This document shows, piece by piece, positions 48,759-57,675 of a stretch of 64,000 nucleotides of DNA; the stretch's first letter is position 1; every line of letters begins with the position of its first letter. The position numbers were made by a program, and so were the translations under genes. This DNA is from Candidatus Eiseniibacteriota bacterium (GTDB taxonomy: Bacteria > Eisenbacteria > RBG-16-71-46): assembly GCA_963717505.1 (NCBI GenBank), contig OY970342.1, positions 1,280,001 through 1,344,000 of the forward strand. Reading direction: 5' to 3'. Under the pieces are notes generated by a model. That model ran no database searches and was not told the DNA's origin. It was given only the letters and a program-made list of their open reading frames with translations.

Positions 48759-51215
48759 CTACGGAATCACGATCGCCCGGCCGGTGAGGGATCGCCCGGC
48801 GCGATTGATGCGCACCAGGTAGAGGCCCGGCCGCATGTTCTCTCGGCGACCCAGCTTCAGCTGATGCTGGCCGGCGCCGAGGCTGCCCACGTCCCGAGTC
48901 ATCACCTGTCGCCCGGAGACGTCGAAGACCTCGAGGGTCGCGGCCTGGTCGTCCGGCAGACTGAAGGAGACGGTGAAGTCTCCCCGGGTCGGTGTCGGCG
49001 CGATCCGGCTGAGCGCAAAGGTCTCCACCACCGGCCCGACGTCGAGCGTCGAGCTGATCGTGAAGGTGCCGCTCTCGCCCAGCTCGGCCGAGGTCACGAT
49101 CCCGGTTTCGTCCGAGTGCGAGACCCGGGCGATCGCCAGACGAACGCCACCCGACGGATGCTGGGGCACCGTCCACTGGTAGCGCCCGGTGTTGGCGACG
49201 CTGGCGTCCTCGACCTGCCAGGTCTCGCCGTCGTCGAACGACGACAGCAGCGAAACCGTCGAGTAATCGGCTTCCTCGGCGTCCCAGCTGACTTCCAGCT
49301 CGGAACCCGCGGCGATCAGATCGCCATCGTGCGGCCGGATGCGCGGCGCCTTCACGCGGACGTTGATCGTGGTCGCGAAGCAGCCGCTACCGACCGTGCC
49401 GGTGACCAGCATCGGCACCGACTCGCCGGCAGTGACCGTGGCCGCCACTTCGGAACGCAGGAACTTGACCTTGAGACGCGCCGGACGACCGTGGCCGCCG
49501 CCATCGTCGTCATCGTCGTCGTCGTCGCCGCGACCGTGGCCCCGGCCATGACCGTTCCCATTCCCGCGACCAAACACCGCATGACCGCCGCCGTCGTCGT
49601 CATCGTCGTCGTGATCGTCGCCGCCCACCAAACGCGCCGAAACCGCCGGCACGCCGTTGAGCAGGATCGACTCGGGATCGATGTTGCGCGCGCTGTAAGG
49701 AGCCGCAGGCGCCAGGCAGACGGTGACGTAGCGACCATGCGAGGCCAGGTTGAGCTTACGCGGGTGGAATCGGGCGTCGACCGCGACCGGATCGACGCAG
49801 TTGGTCTCGCGGATGTTGTTCCACGAAGCCGCCAGCGACGCTCCGGTGTTGGCGCGCGGCTGGTAGTAGCCACCGACACGGCCGTCGTTCAGCATTCCCC
49901 AGAGGCCGTTGGGGTTGCACTCCGCCGCGTTCTGCTTGCCGAACGGCAGCTCGCCGCTGTCGTACGTGATGCCGCCCTGCGTGAGGCGGTACTGGATGGT
50001 GGCCGGGTCAGCCTCGATGTTGTCGTTCGACCGGTAGGTGACCTCCAGGCGCACGGTCGTGCCCTTCACGTACGTGACGCCATGGTTGCCGGTGAAGCTG
50101 TAGAACGGAACGGCTCCGCCGAAGCAGGCGATCTCGCCGCTGGTCGCATTGGCCATGAACCGGCCGTCGACGTACTTGCCGTACCAGGGAGAAACGCGCA
50201 AACCGCCTTCCCCTTGGCCGGCGCCATCGAGCTTGAAGTCGGCGCTGAAGCGATAGTTGGAATTGTTGTGGAACGCGGCCGAGGTGGTGCCGCCGTCCGA
50301 GGAGAAGCTCCAGCTGTGCAGGTTGGCGAACCCGACACACGCCGGATCCATGGCGTCGGTGATCGAAACCGCCGCCGGGTAGTTGTTGACGGTGGTCAGA
50401 GTCGAGAGCGGGCAGTCGTTGAACGTCCGCAACTCGAGTGTGGCGGCATCGGGCAACGGGGTGCCGACCTCGGGGAGCACCGAGTACTTGATGTTCGCCC
50501 AGTTCGCGGTCAGCGACGCCGCCGAGTTGGCCCGGGGCTGGAAGTATCCGCCGGAGCGGCCGTCGTTCAGGCAGCCGAACAGCCCGTTGGGATCGCACTC
50601 GGCTGTGTTCTGGATGCCGAACGCCAGCACCGGGCTGTCGTAGGTGTTGTTGTTGTAGATGACGCGATACTGGATCGAGGCGGGCTGGGTGCTGAACAGA
50701 TGATTCGCCCGGTAGGTCACCTCCATGCGGATGGTGGTTCCCCGCACGTAGGTGATGGCGTGGTTGCCCGTGAAGCTGTAGAAGGGCAACGCGCCACCGA
50801 AGCAGGCGATCTCGCCGCTGGTCACGTTCGCCATGAAGCGGCCATCGACGAGCTTGCCGTACCAGGGAGACAGACGCAGGCCGCCTTCACCCTCGCCGGC
50901 GCCGCTGATCGTCAGGTCGGCGCCGAACGTGAAGTTCGAGTTGTTGTTGAATGCGGCCGAGGTGGTGCCACCGTCCGCCGAGAAGCTCCAGCTGTGCAGG
51001 TTGGCGAACCCGACACAGGCGGGATCCATGACGTCGGTGATCTGGATCGAGTTGGGATAGTTGTTGGTGACCGTGAGAGTCGACAGCGGGCAGTCGTTGA
51101 AGGTGCGCGTTTCCACCGTCGCGCCATTGGCGGACGGCGTCGCATGCGACGCGCCTGCAAAGACCACCATCAAGACTGTCGACCACGCCAGACTGAGGTT
51201 GCGGATCCGCTGCAT
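48759..51215 (-). CDS. Secreted protein with two tandem ~215-aa copies of an uncharacterised domain, His/Asp-rich insert, Ig-like region and CTD
   Basis: Signal peptide; duplicated 'RTFNDCPLSTLT..NNYP...DPACVGFANLHSWSFS.DGG...GEIACFGGA.PFYSF'; CTD 'P.PT...DVSGRQV...PGLYLVRI'; SD GGAGG. Confidence 0.85.
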   Translation of the reverse strand: MQRIRNLSLAWSTVLMVVFAGASHATPSANGATVETRTFNDCPLSTLTVTNNYPNSIQITDVMDPACVGFANLHSWSFSADGGTTSAAFNNNSNFTFGADLTISGAGEGEGGLRLSPWYGKLVDGRFMANVTSGEIACFGGALPFYSFTGNHAITYVRGTTIRMEVTYRANHLFSTQPASIQYRVIYNNNTYDSPVLAFGIQNTAECDPNGLFGCLNDGRSGGYFQPRANSAASLTANWANIKYSVLPEVGTPLPDAATLELRTFNDCPLSTLTTVNNYPAAVSITDAMDPACVGFANLHSWSFSSDGGTTSAAFHNNSNYRFSADFKLDGAGQGEGGLRVSPWYGKYVDGRFMANATSGEIACFGGAVPFYSFTGNHGVTYVKGTTVRLEVTYRSNDNIEADPATIQYRLTQGGITYDSGELPFGKQNAAECNPNGLWGMLNDGRVGGYYQPRANTGASLAASWNNIRETNCVDPVAVDARFHPRKLNLASHGRYVTVCLAPAAPYSARNIDPESILLNGVPAVSARLVGGDDHDDDDDDGGGHAVFGRGNGNGHGRGHGRGDDDDDDDDGGGHGRPARLKVKFLRSEVAATVTAGESVPMLVTGTVGSGCFATTINVRVKAPRIRPHDGDLIAAGSELEVSWDAEEADYSTVSLLSSFDDGETWQVEDASVANTGRYQWTVPQHPSGGVRLAIARVSHSDETGIVTSAELGESGTFTISSTLDVGPVVETFALSRIAPTPTRGDFTVSFSLPDDQAATLEVFDVSGRQVMTRDVGSLGAGQHQLKLGRRENMRPGLYLVRINRAGRSLTGRAIVIP

Positions 51216-51403
51216 GGGCCAGTGTCCTCCTTTTGGGGTTGTGTTCGGACGACTGCGGATCACGATGCACGTGATGCTGCTGGCGCGCACTTCAAGCCGA
51301 CGCACGCGGGGACCAGGTGGGTTGTCGCCCCGAAGACGCGGCGTTGACCGACCGTGCGTGGAGGTCGGCAGAGAACCTGCCTGCACACGGCCGCGGCGCT
51401 TGT

Positions 51404-51417
51404 TGTAAACGGTTACA
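51404..51417. promoter_or_regulatory. LacI-family (cre-like) operator
   Basis: Near-palindrome TGTAAACGGTTACA, downstream of minus-strand TTGACG (51432-51437). Confidence 0.65.
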
Positions 51418-51463
51418 CGATCACTCACCTCCGTCAAGGTTGGAGTTGATATTCGCGGGGATT

Positions 51464-54400
51464 TCAGCGCCGAGCGGCGGGGTTTGGGTCAATGAACACC
51501 GTCACCTCGTGATGAACACCGTCGGTGCTCAGAGGAACCAGAACTCGACCTTCCTGGGTTTTCAGGGGCTGGCCATCCAGCACCCCCCTCAGGGCCGGGT
51601 CGCCACGAGCCTCCGACCGACGGACGACGATGGAATAGGTCGTTCCGAGCCCCAGGGGCCGAATCTTCACGCGATATCCCGGCCAGGAGTCTGGAATCGA
51701 AGGCCGGACCACCAGGGTCCGCCCATCCTCGACCGTGACCCCGAGCACCGATTCGAGCGCGACCCGCAGCATCCAGCCCGCCGAGCCGGTGTACCACGTC
51801 CACCCGCCGCGCCCGACGTGGGGCGGTTCGCCGTAGACGTCGGCGGCGATGACGTAGGGCTCGACCGAGTAGGTTTCCACGCCCGCCGCACTCGATCCGT
51901 GCGAGACCGGGCTCAGCATGGCGAGCAAGCGCGCCGCATCGCCGGTGCGCCCGAGCTGTGCCAGTGCGCGCACCACCCACAGGGCCGCATGCGTGTACTG
52001 TCCGCCGTTCTCGCGCACGCCCGGGACATAGCCCTTGATGTAGCCGGGATCGTGGGGTGTGCGATCGAACGCCGGTGTCAGCAGCTTCACGATGCCGTCG
52101 GTCTCCGAGACCAGATGGCGCATCACCGCGTCCATGGCCTGTTCCGCCCGCTCCCGCGGCGCTGCTCCGGACAACACCGACCACGCCTGAACCAGCGCGT
52201 CGATTCGACATTCGTCGCTCGATTGCGACCCGAGCGGAGTCCCGTCGTCGTAGTAGCCGCGGCGATACCAGGCGCCATCCCAGGCGTGGGTCTCGATCGC
52301 CGACTGGAGGCGCTGTTGGTGCTCGCGGTAACGCGCCGCACGTTCGGTGTCGCCCCGCGCCACGCACAAGGGGGCGAAACCCTCGAGCACGGAGAAGAGG
52401 AAGAACGCCATCCACACGCTCTCACCCCGTCCTTCGCGACCCACGCGATTCATGCCGTCGTTCCAGTCGCCCGATCCGAACAACGGAAGGCCGTGGTCCC
52501 CGGTCGACAGCGACCGATCGATGGCGAGGCAGCAGTGCGTGTAGAGCGCGGTGGCGGGCCCGACCGTGCTGGGTTCGAGGTAGGCTTCGTCCTCGCCCGG
52601 CGCCAGCGAGCGGCCGGCGACGAACCCGACGGGCGCGTTCAGAATGTCGTGATCGCCGGTGACGCGCACGTAAGTCGCCGCGGCATCCGGAAGCCACAGC
52701 AGGTCGTCGACGAATCGGGTGCGCAGGCCGTGGCTCCGGGGCGGGTGCCACCAGTGCAGCACGTCGCCCTCGGGAAACTGGTGCGCCGCGTGGAGCAGAA
52801 TCTGCCGCCGGACCAGGTCGGGTGCCACCGCGAGCAAGGCGGTCGCATCCTGGAGCTGATCGCGATATCCAAACGCGCCGCCCGATTGGTAGAACGCGGT
52901 GCGACCCCACAGGCGGCACGCCAGCGTCTGATACATGAGCCAGCCGTTGACCATCAGGTCGAGCGCTTCGACCGGAGTCTCGACCTGCACGCGCCCCACA
53001 CAATCGATCCAGTGTTCGCGGACTTCTCGTTCGATGCGATCGATTTCGCCCGGCTGGCGCAGGTTCTCGAGCACGGCCCCGAGCGCATCCCAGTTCTCGC
53101 AGTCGCCCAGGACGAAGGCGCATTGGCGCGTCTGGCCCGGCGCGATTTCGAGATCGACACGGCACGCAAAGCACGGCTCGGTGCCCGAGCCGGTCCGGCC
53201 GTCGAGGGGCTCGGCACGCGCCATGGCCGCTGGATGACGCAGACTCCCGCCCCGTCCGACGAAACCCGCGGCATCGGCGGTGTAGCTGGTGGCCATCATC
53301 TTTCCGTCGACGATCGCGGTCGCGAACGCCAGGCGGTCGATGCCGGTACCCGCGGGTTGCCGGGCGGTCAAGACCCGATGATCGGCGTCGAACGCAGTGG
53401 TGACGGTGCGGCGGTCTTCCGAACGTTCCCCGAGCTCGAGTCGCTGGAACGATACCGCCGCGAGCCGGCGGGTCCGCGTGCCGAGGTTCGTGATTCGCAG
53501 CCGCACCGTCCGAAAGTGTCCGACCACGGGAACGAAAACGTCGGCGACGGTTTCGATTCCGTCGGTCCTGTGGCGGAAGCGGGTCGACCCGAACCGATGG
53601 CGAACTTCGTAGTCGCCCGGGCCCGGGCACGGGCCCGGGAGCGGCGACCACGCGACGCCACGCTCCATGTCGCGCAGGTAGAGCGCCTCCGAGCAGGGAT
53701 CGCGCACCGGATCGTTGCTCCATGGGGTCAGCCGGTGCGTGCGGCTGTTGCCACTCCAGGTCGAGATCGAGCCGCCCTCCGTGACCAGGCAGCCGAAGTC
53801 TTCGTTCGCGAGGACGTTCGACCAGGGCATCGGTGGTCGGAGCAGCTCGCCGTCCGGGCCGCGCCGGAGAAAAAGCACGTACTCGCTGCCGTCCGCCGAG
53901 AAACCACCGATGCCATTGAAAGCGCGTAATGGCTCCGAAGATGGCGTCGCGTCGGTTTCGGCCGACTCGGCCGAGCGGGACGCGATCGTCGATCGCTCGA
54001 AGAGTCCGGCGAGGTCCAAGTCCCCATGCGGATCCGGGTACAACTCCATAGCCGCCGTGCGCTCAGCCTGCATCGCCGCGGCGTGCCCGAGGCCGAGTTC
54101 GTCCCACTCGCTCCGAGCGCGGGCATCCGCTTTCTCCCGAGAGTTCCGGCAGGCTTCGGACGTCCGCGATTCCTCGGCAATCCGGATCGCTTCCTCGCGC
54201 GTCGCGGTCGCGATCAGCAGCGACGCGTAGTCGGCGTGCTCGCCCGGCGCGAGTGCGGTGCGACGGCGCTGGACGAACACCGGGTCGAGCACGCTGCCGG
54301 TGCATCCCGACAGGGGCGACAGCGATCTGAGTCCGTGCGCCCGCTCGAGGTCTCCCCCGCGGCCGAGGAACGCGATGCGTCGCGTTTCGATTTCCAGCGC

Positions 54401-55021
54401 TCCCGGACCCCAGAGGCCGTGAGCCAGCCACGGGTGCCGTTCCTTCGGCGAACGAGGCCGCCGGCGCGCGAACACGAGTCCCGCGTCGCGGGCCACCTCG
54501 GTTTCGAGGAAGAGTTTGGAGAACGCCGGATGCGCAGCGAACGATGCCGGAAGGTCGAGCGCGATTTCGTGCCAGGTCGTCAGCTCGAGGTGCCGACTTC
54601 GCTCGGAGCGATTGATCAGATGGATGCGCCGGCAGACCATGGCGTGCTCGGCGTCGACCCAAGTCGAGATCCGCGCGGAGATTCCGTCCTGCTCGCGCGT
54701 GATCGCGAACCAGGATGGCCCTTCTTCGATCTCGCCGTGCTCGGCCGGCAGTCCAGCGGGGCGCAACGCGATCGGCCAGTAGGCTCGCGAGTCGAGGTCG
54801 CGCACGAACACGAACTCGCCGTCCTCGTCGAGCAGGCGATCGCCGCGCCAGCGGGTCAGGCTCAAGGCTTCGAGCCAGGTGCCGCCGGCGCCGCTGGGAG
54901 TGACCAGGGTTCGCAGCCGACCGTTGCCGAGCAGCCGTCCCGGCGCCGCCGCCGGGGCTTCGGGTGACGCGAGCGAAGCGGCCTGGCGCCCGCCGGCCGG
55001 GTCGTGATGCCGCGCGGACAT
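51464..55021 (-). CDS. GH94 glycoside phosphorylase (NdvB/Cgs C-terminal type; probable beta-1,2-oligoglucan phosphorylase)
   Basis: Two GH94 N-terminal beta-sandwich repeats ('HPAFSKLF', 'PWSNVLAN'), 'QSGGAFGYRDQLQD', 'GDWNDG', 'RENGGQYTHAA', 'WYTGSAGW'. Confidence 0.93.
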   Translation of the reverse strand: MSARHHDPAGGRQAASLASPEAPAAAPGRLLGNGRLRTLVTPSGAGGTWLEALSLTRWRGDRLLDEDGEFVFVRDLDSRAYWPIALRPAGLPAEHGEIEEGPSWFAITREQDGISARISTWVDAEHAMVCRRIHLINRSERSRHLELTTWHEIALDLPASFAAHPAFSKLFLETEVARDAGLVFARRRPRSPKERHPWLAHGLWGPGALEIETRRIAFLGRGGDLERAHGLRSLSPLSGCTGSVLDPVFVQRRRTALAPGEHADYASLLIATATREEAIRIAEESRTSEACRNSREKADARARSEWDELGLGHAAAMQAERTAAMELYPDPHGDLDLAGLFERSTIASRSAESAETDATPSSEPLRAFNGIGGFSADGSEYVLFLRRGPDGELLRPPMPWSNVLANEDFGCLVTEGGSISTWSGNSRTHRLTPWSNDPVRDPCSEALYLRDMERGVAWSPLPGPCPGPGDYEVRHRFGSTRFRHRTDGIETVADVFVPVVGHFRTVRLRITNLGTRTRRLAAVSFQRLELGERSEDRRTVTTAFDADHRVLTARQPAGTGIDRLAFATAIVDGKMMATSYTADAAGFVGRGGSLRHPAAMARAEPLDGRTGSGTEPCFACRVDLEIAPGQTRQCAFVLGDCENWDALGAVLENLRQPGEIDRIEREVREHWIDCVGRVQVETPVEALDLMVNGWLMYQTLACRLWGRTAFYQSGGAFGYRDQLQDATALLAVAPDLVRRQILLHAAHQFPEGDVLHWWHPPRSHGLRTRFVDDLLWLPDAAATYVRVTGDHDILNAPVGFVAGRSLAPGEDEAYLEPSTVGPATALYTHCCLAIDRSLSTGDHGLPLFGSGDWNDGMNRVGREGRGESVWMAFFLFSVLEGFAPLCVARGDTERAARYREHQQRLQSAIETHAWDGAWYRRGYYDDGTPLGSQSSDECRIDALVQAWSVLSGAAPRERAEQAMDAVMRHLVSETDGIVKLLTPAFDRTPHDPGYIKGYVPGVRENGGQYTHAALWVVRALAQLGRTGDAARLLAMLSPVSHGSSAAGVETYSVEPYVIAADVYGEPPHVGRGGWTWYTGSAGWMLRVALESVLGVTVEDGRTLVVRPSIPDSWPGYRVKIRPLGLGTTYSIVVRRSEARGDPALRGVLDGQPLKTQEGRVLVPLSTDGVHHEVTVFIDPNPAARR

Positions 55022-56622
55022 CAGTGGATGAGCGCGATGGGGCGAACGATCGCGCGTCCGGCCGCCTCGAGCCGCGTCAGGTAGACGCCGCTCGGCAGGC
55101 CGTGCGCGCGAAGGGTGAAGTGATGGGAACCCGGACCCCGGGTTTCGTCGACCAGGCGGGCCACCTGGCGTCCGGCCACGTCGTAGACCGCTAGCTTCAC
55201 GTGCGTCGTCGAGGTCAGTCGAAAAGCCAGTGTCGTCGAGTCGTGGAACGGATTCGGCGACGCCGGCAGCAGCTCGATTCCGGCAGGCCCGTTGCCGTCT
55301 TCAACCGCCAGCGGCGCGCCGGTGAACCCGGCCCGCTGCAGGCCCGAGATGATCTCGGGGTTTCGCATGAAGCGTTCCCACACGAGACCGGTTCGGTAGT
55401 TCTCGATCATGATCCCGATCGGGCCCTGGTCGATGCCGAGCACGTCGGTCGCGAACCACGACGACGTGAGATTGAACGCGTCCTTGAAGCCGTACGGGCC
55501 CCAGGTGTAGGGCAGCTTGTAGTTCGTGTACAGGTTGCGAATGGTCGGAATCACGGCTTCCGGCGCGAACGGCAGCGAGCTGATCGGGGCGGTTGGCGTG
55601 ATGGTTCCGTTTTCGTTCTGCGGCGGTGGCGCCCCGTGAGCGGCGTAGCCCGCGGGATCGTCCGACGCGGTGAACCCCCACAGCGAGTCGCTGTAACCGA
55701 CGCGGCCGAGCGGGTTCGCTACGGCGTACGCACGCTGCGCGAGCGTCGCGCGGCGGGAGTTCTCGAAGTAATCGATGCCGTGGTCGCGCATGAACTGGTC
55801 CTGTATGTTCCGGAAGTCGATCCAGCAGTGCGAGTACTGGTGGCCGAACAGCGGCGGGAAGATGACGTAGGTCTGTCCGTATTGCGTGTTCCAGTTGTAG
55901 CCGCTGGTCCACCCCGCCCACGACGTCGGAATGTCGGCGAGCGGCACCGGCTTGGTCGGCGAACCGAAGGCGAGGATGTAGAGGATCATCGCCTCGCTGT
56001 AGCCCCCCCAGTCGAACGGCAGGAAGCCGGATCCCGGCTTCCAGCCGTGGCGAAGGCGCTTGCCGCTGGCGTTGACCATGAACGGGAAATTGACCCGGCG
56101 GTAGATCGAGTCCGCGAGCGCGCGGATCTGGATTTCATCGGGATCGACGCCGTCGAAGTACTGCTTGGCGTCGAGAATCCCCGCGAGCAGCAACGCCGTG
56201 TCGATGCTCGACAGCTCGGTGTCCCACGACACCATGCGCAGCGCGGTGTTCATGTCGAGGAAGTGATAGAACCAGCCCTGGTAGCCGATGGTTCCGCTCG
56301 CGGCACTGCTCTGCGGCTTGGTCCAGAACGTCTCGAGCGTGGTCCGCGCCCGGGCGCGAGCTGCGGCGCGGGTCACCCAGCCGTGGTCGACGCCGGTGCA
56401 GATCACCGACAGGCCGAAACCGACCGCGGCGATACTGGCCGGCGAGCCCGGCGTGCTGCGGTCCTTGATCATTCCGTTCGCGGGATTGGCCTCGTCCCAC
56501 GCGTAGCGGAATGCGCCGTATTGAAGGCTGTCCAAGATCGCGTCGGTCGTCTGCGCGCTGGCGGGGACCGCGGCGGCGAGCGCCAGGGGCAGGAGCAGGA
56601 TGCGAATCAGCCGGGTCACCAT
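55021..56622 (-). CDS. GH144 (glucoamylase-like/DUF3131) endo-beta-1,2-glucanase with CTD
   Basis: 'SIAAVGFGL', 'GWFYHF', 'ELSSIDTALL', 'YSEAMILY', 'PLFGHQYSH', 'GIDQG'; signal peptide and CTD. Confidence 0.9.
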   Translation of the reverse strand: MVTRLIRILLLPLALAAAVPASAQTTDAILDSLQYGAFRYAWDEANPANGMIKDRSTPGSPASIAAVGFGLSVICTGVDHGWVTRAAARARARTTLETFWTKPQSSAASGTIGYQGWFYHFLDMNTALRMVSWDTELSSIDTALLLAGILDAKQYFDGVDPDEIQIRALADSIYRRVNFPFMVNASGKRLRHGWKPGSGFLPFDWGGYSEAMILYILAFGSPTKPVPLADIPTSWAGWTSGYNWNTQYGQTYVIFPPLFGHQYSHCWIDFRNIQDQFMRDHGIDYFENSRRATLAQRAYAVANPLGRVGYSDSLWGFTASDDPAGYAAHGAPPPQNENGTITPTAPISSLPFAPEAVIPTIRNLYTNYKLPYTWGPYGFKDAFNLTSSWFATDVLGIDQGPIGIMIENYRTGLVWERFMRNPEIISGLQRAGFTGAPLAVEDGNGPAGIELLPASPNPFHDSTTLAFRLTSTTHVKLAVYDVAGRQVARLVDETRGPGSHHFTLRAHGLPSGVYLTRLEAAGRAIVRPIALIH

Positions 56623-56655
56623 GACAGTAATCCTCCGTGGGCGCTCATTGCGGGG

Positions 56656-57675
56656 TCAATAGGAAACCGTGAATGAAAGCCGATGGACGCTTTCCAGGCG
56701 TCCGTAGTCGGCCCACGCGTAGTCGATCTGGTAGCCGAAGTCGGAGAGGCGGCTCTGGAACCCAAGCCCGGCGGCGGCCCCTTCCTCGGAGTCCTCCTTG
56801 AACAGGTTCTGATAGCCGAGCCGGGCCGAGACCATCTCCCGATAGGTCAGCTCGAAACCGCCGCTCGCACTCTCGGAATTGTCGCTGGGGTGCGCCGCGG
56901 TCACCGCGAACCAGCCGCGCAGGTCGTTGCTCAGGCGCAACGGGTAGCCCACGCCGGCCCGGAACAGGATCGGAACCGGATAGTCCTGCGTGAACCGCTC
57001 GCCCGGGAGCGCGTTGTTGTCGCCCGATCGGCTGGGGTCCTCGTCGTACGTGATCCTCAGGTCCAGGCCTTCGAATCCGGCGGACGTTCCAAAGTTCGTG
57101 AGACTGGCGCCGAGGTGCAGTCCCTGCGGGCTCAGCCGATAGAGCGTGCCGACGTCGAACGTCACGGCGTCGGCGCTCGAGTGCCAGATGGTCTCCTGGA
57201 GGTAGCGCACCTGGAGCCCGGCCGAGAAGCGCTCGGTGACCGCGTAGGCGTAACCGAGCCCGACCGCCAGATTCGAAACCGTGTAACGCTCGCCGGTTCC
57301 GAGCGGTTGATTGACGGTGCGCACGTCGATCTCGCCCGAGTTGAGCGAGGTGATGGTCACGAACGCCGCGCCCCACGCGCCGATCGGGAAGCCGGCCGCG
57401 ACGTAGTCGTGGCGAATGCCCGCGAACCAGTCCGCGTGCGAGAACTGAATCTCCATTCCCTGGAGCCGCCCGACTGCGGCCGGGTTGTAGTACGCGGCAT
57501 CGAGCCGGGTGTCGGCCGCCACGCCGGTGTTGCCGAGTGCCGTCAGTCGGGAGCTGGGCTCGATCAGGAGGAACTGGCCGAGCGTGGTGCCGGTCTTGCT
57601 CTGGGCCGCCGCCGAGCCGGCGCCGGCCAAGATGCACCACGCAATCACCGCCCAGATGTGGCGCCGCGCGCTCAT
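56656..57675 (-). CDS. PorV/PorQ-family outer-membrane beta-barrel
   Basis: 'QFLLIEPSSR..ALG', 'YYNPA', 'FDVG.LY', 'IDYAW..YGRL...HRLS'; ATGA overlap. Confidence 0.85.
   Translation of the reverse strand: MSARRHIWAVIAWCILAGAGSAAAQSKTGTTLGQFLLIEPSSRLTALGNTGVAADTRLDAAYYNPAAVGRLQGMEIQFSHADWFAGIRHDYVAAGFPIGAWGAAFVTITSLNSGEIDVRTVNQPLGTGERYTVSNLAVGLGYAYAVTERFSAGLQVRYLQETIWHSSADAVTFDVGTLYRLSPQGLHLGASLTNFGTSAGFEGLDLRITYDEDPSRSGDNNALPGERFTQDYPVPILFRAGVGYPLRLSNDLRGWFAVTAAHPSDNSESASGGFELTYREMVSARLGYQNLFKEDSEEGAAAGLGFQSRLSDFGYQIDYAWADYGRLESVHRLSFTVSY

Noticed and set aside
49780-51140. DNA direct repeat as mobile element, CRISPR or DGR template/variable pair
   Set aside because: It is an in-frame domain duplication; no reverse transcriptase, transposase or spacers are present and I saw no adenine-specific pattern
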